A DNA stretch of 64,000 bases. Source: Harriotta raleighana. Its lineage: Eukaryota. A program made the position numbers and the translations under genes. Under the pieces are notes generated by a model, which saw nothing but the letters and a program-made list of their open reading frames with translations, was not told where the DNA came from and did no database searches. Below are positions 63,019 to 64,000 of this stretch, one piece after another. Every line of letters starts with the position of its first letter. The first letter of the stretch is position 1. The stretch covers positions 1,777,613 through 1,841,612 of the forward strand of contig JBNZDD010013714.1 of NCBI GenBank assembly GCA_050575255.1, read 5' to 3'.

Positions 63019-63109
63019 CTGTAAGCTTTGACTTCACCAAATCTTCTTTTGTAACTACAATCATTTCGGGCAGTTTGGAGAGTGGGACACAGACATCTGT
63101 AGAGTAAAC
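63019..63109 (-). CDS. LDHD: LDHD exon
   Basis: 91 bp, phase 0/1, [30 protein letters not shown](G). Contains the STDVCVP motif and GT-AG boundaries. Confidence 0.96.
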
Positions 63110-63154
63110 CTGAAAATAAGGAAAACAGGTTATATTATATACTATGTGTAACAT

Positions 63155-63460
63155 ATAATAATCCTTGTATTTGATATATCACATCTCCCGAGATGCCTCA
63201 AAGCGCTTCACAGAATATACTGAATATGTAAAGTGAATTCATTGTATATTTTATGGGTGAAACTTGGCAGCCATTTGCATACAGCAATGATTGAATGACC
63301 AAATGATTCTTTCGTTACGGGATTATCATTCCCAGAAAAGCGATCCGCCAACCAACTACTGCTATAAACAGAGGCATCTGTAACGAAACTTGCCTAACAT
63401 TTCACACTTGCCGGGAATCGAACCCAGGTCCGCTTGCTTGGGCGGCGAGTGATCTCACAA
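63155..63460 (-). mobile_element. tRNA-derived SINE (long subfamily) in an LDHD intron
   Basis: Tail, body with AAAAGCGATCCGCCAA...AAACAGAGGC, and B-box GGTTCGATTCC. Confidence 0.8.
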
Positions 63461-63550
63461 CTGGTCTTCGGGTTCCAAGGGTCAGAATCTGGCATGTGGT
63501 TCTCGCTGGGGGGGGGTGGAATGTGGCTAGAGTGCCGTGGCCGAGCTCAC

Positions 63551-63678
63551 CTTGCAGCCGGGACGCAGGGCCAGAGCAGCATACAAGGCATCGTGCCGCG
63601 CCTGCCACAGCCTGCCCCGCGTCTCCGCATCCCAGGCCCACGAGAAGTCTGAGCCGCTGTTCTCTTTCATTATTCTCT
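63551..63678 (-). CDS. LDHD: LDHD exon
   Basis: 128 bp, phase 1/0, (E)[42 protein letters not shown], with GT-AG boundaries. Confidence 0.95.
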
Positions 63679-63839
63679 CTGCGGGCGGAACACAGGAAGA
63701 GGCAGGAAGAACAGTGTGTAAAATAGCAGGTGAAGTAGCATTTGTCCTACTTGCTAAATCTGGTGTCTAATTATTTCTGAATTTCTTCCCTTTGGCACAT
63801 GCCGCCCTGACTCTTAAGTAGAGGGTAAACCTTCCTTCT

Positions 63840-63985
63840 CCCACCCGCAGACACAGCGTAGACTGGGATTTGAACCAGAGTTTCTGGGTTTGTGAGCTGA
63901 AGTTTTACCCACTGCACGATGGGCAAATGTTCTGTACTGAGTTCCCCACTGCTACACCTGAGGTGCCCCCGGAGGACAATGAGTG
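63840..63985 (-). mobile_element. Deu-type SINE head fragment
   Basis: GGGATTTGAACC...TTTACCCACTGCAC is the reverse of a tRNA-like head. Confidence 0.45.
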
Positions 63986-64000
63986 GATCATCAACCGTTA

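Overview
This is eukaryotic (vertebrate) genomic DNA. The repeat content (CR1, L2, tRNA-derived and Deu-type SINEs, Penelope-like termini, Tigger-like MITEs) suggests a cartilaginous fish, possibly a holocephalan; that is an inference. The window holds the 3' part of the E3 ligase gene ZNRF1 on the + strand: coding exons at 9541-9636, 37064-37169 and 49683-49740, then a 3'UTR intron and a probable long terminal exon from 54438. The last four coding exons of LDHD (mitochondrial D-lactate dehydrogenase) lie on the - strand at 61757-63678, tail-to-tail with ZNRF1 as in human. Almost all listed six-frame ORFs are spurious (microsatellite, repeat or antisense). The most interesting observations are: (1) a candidate internal exon at ~32364-32500 that could act as an alternative first exon giving an 88-aa RING-only ZNRF1, or as a poison exon; (2) minimal hammerhead-ribozyme motifs in Penelope-like termini; (3) a perfect 43-bp palindrome and a ~175-bp hairpin element; (4) several nested transposon insertions and covarying L2/SINE tail hairpins. 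I cannot claim a wholly new biological system from sequence alone.
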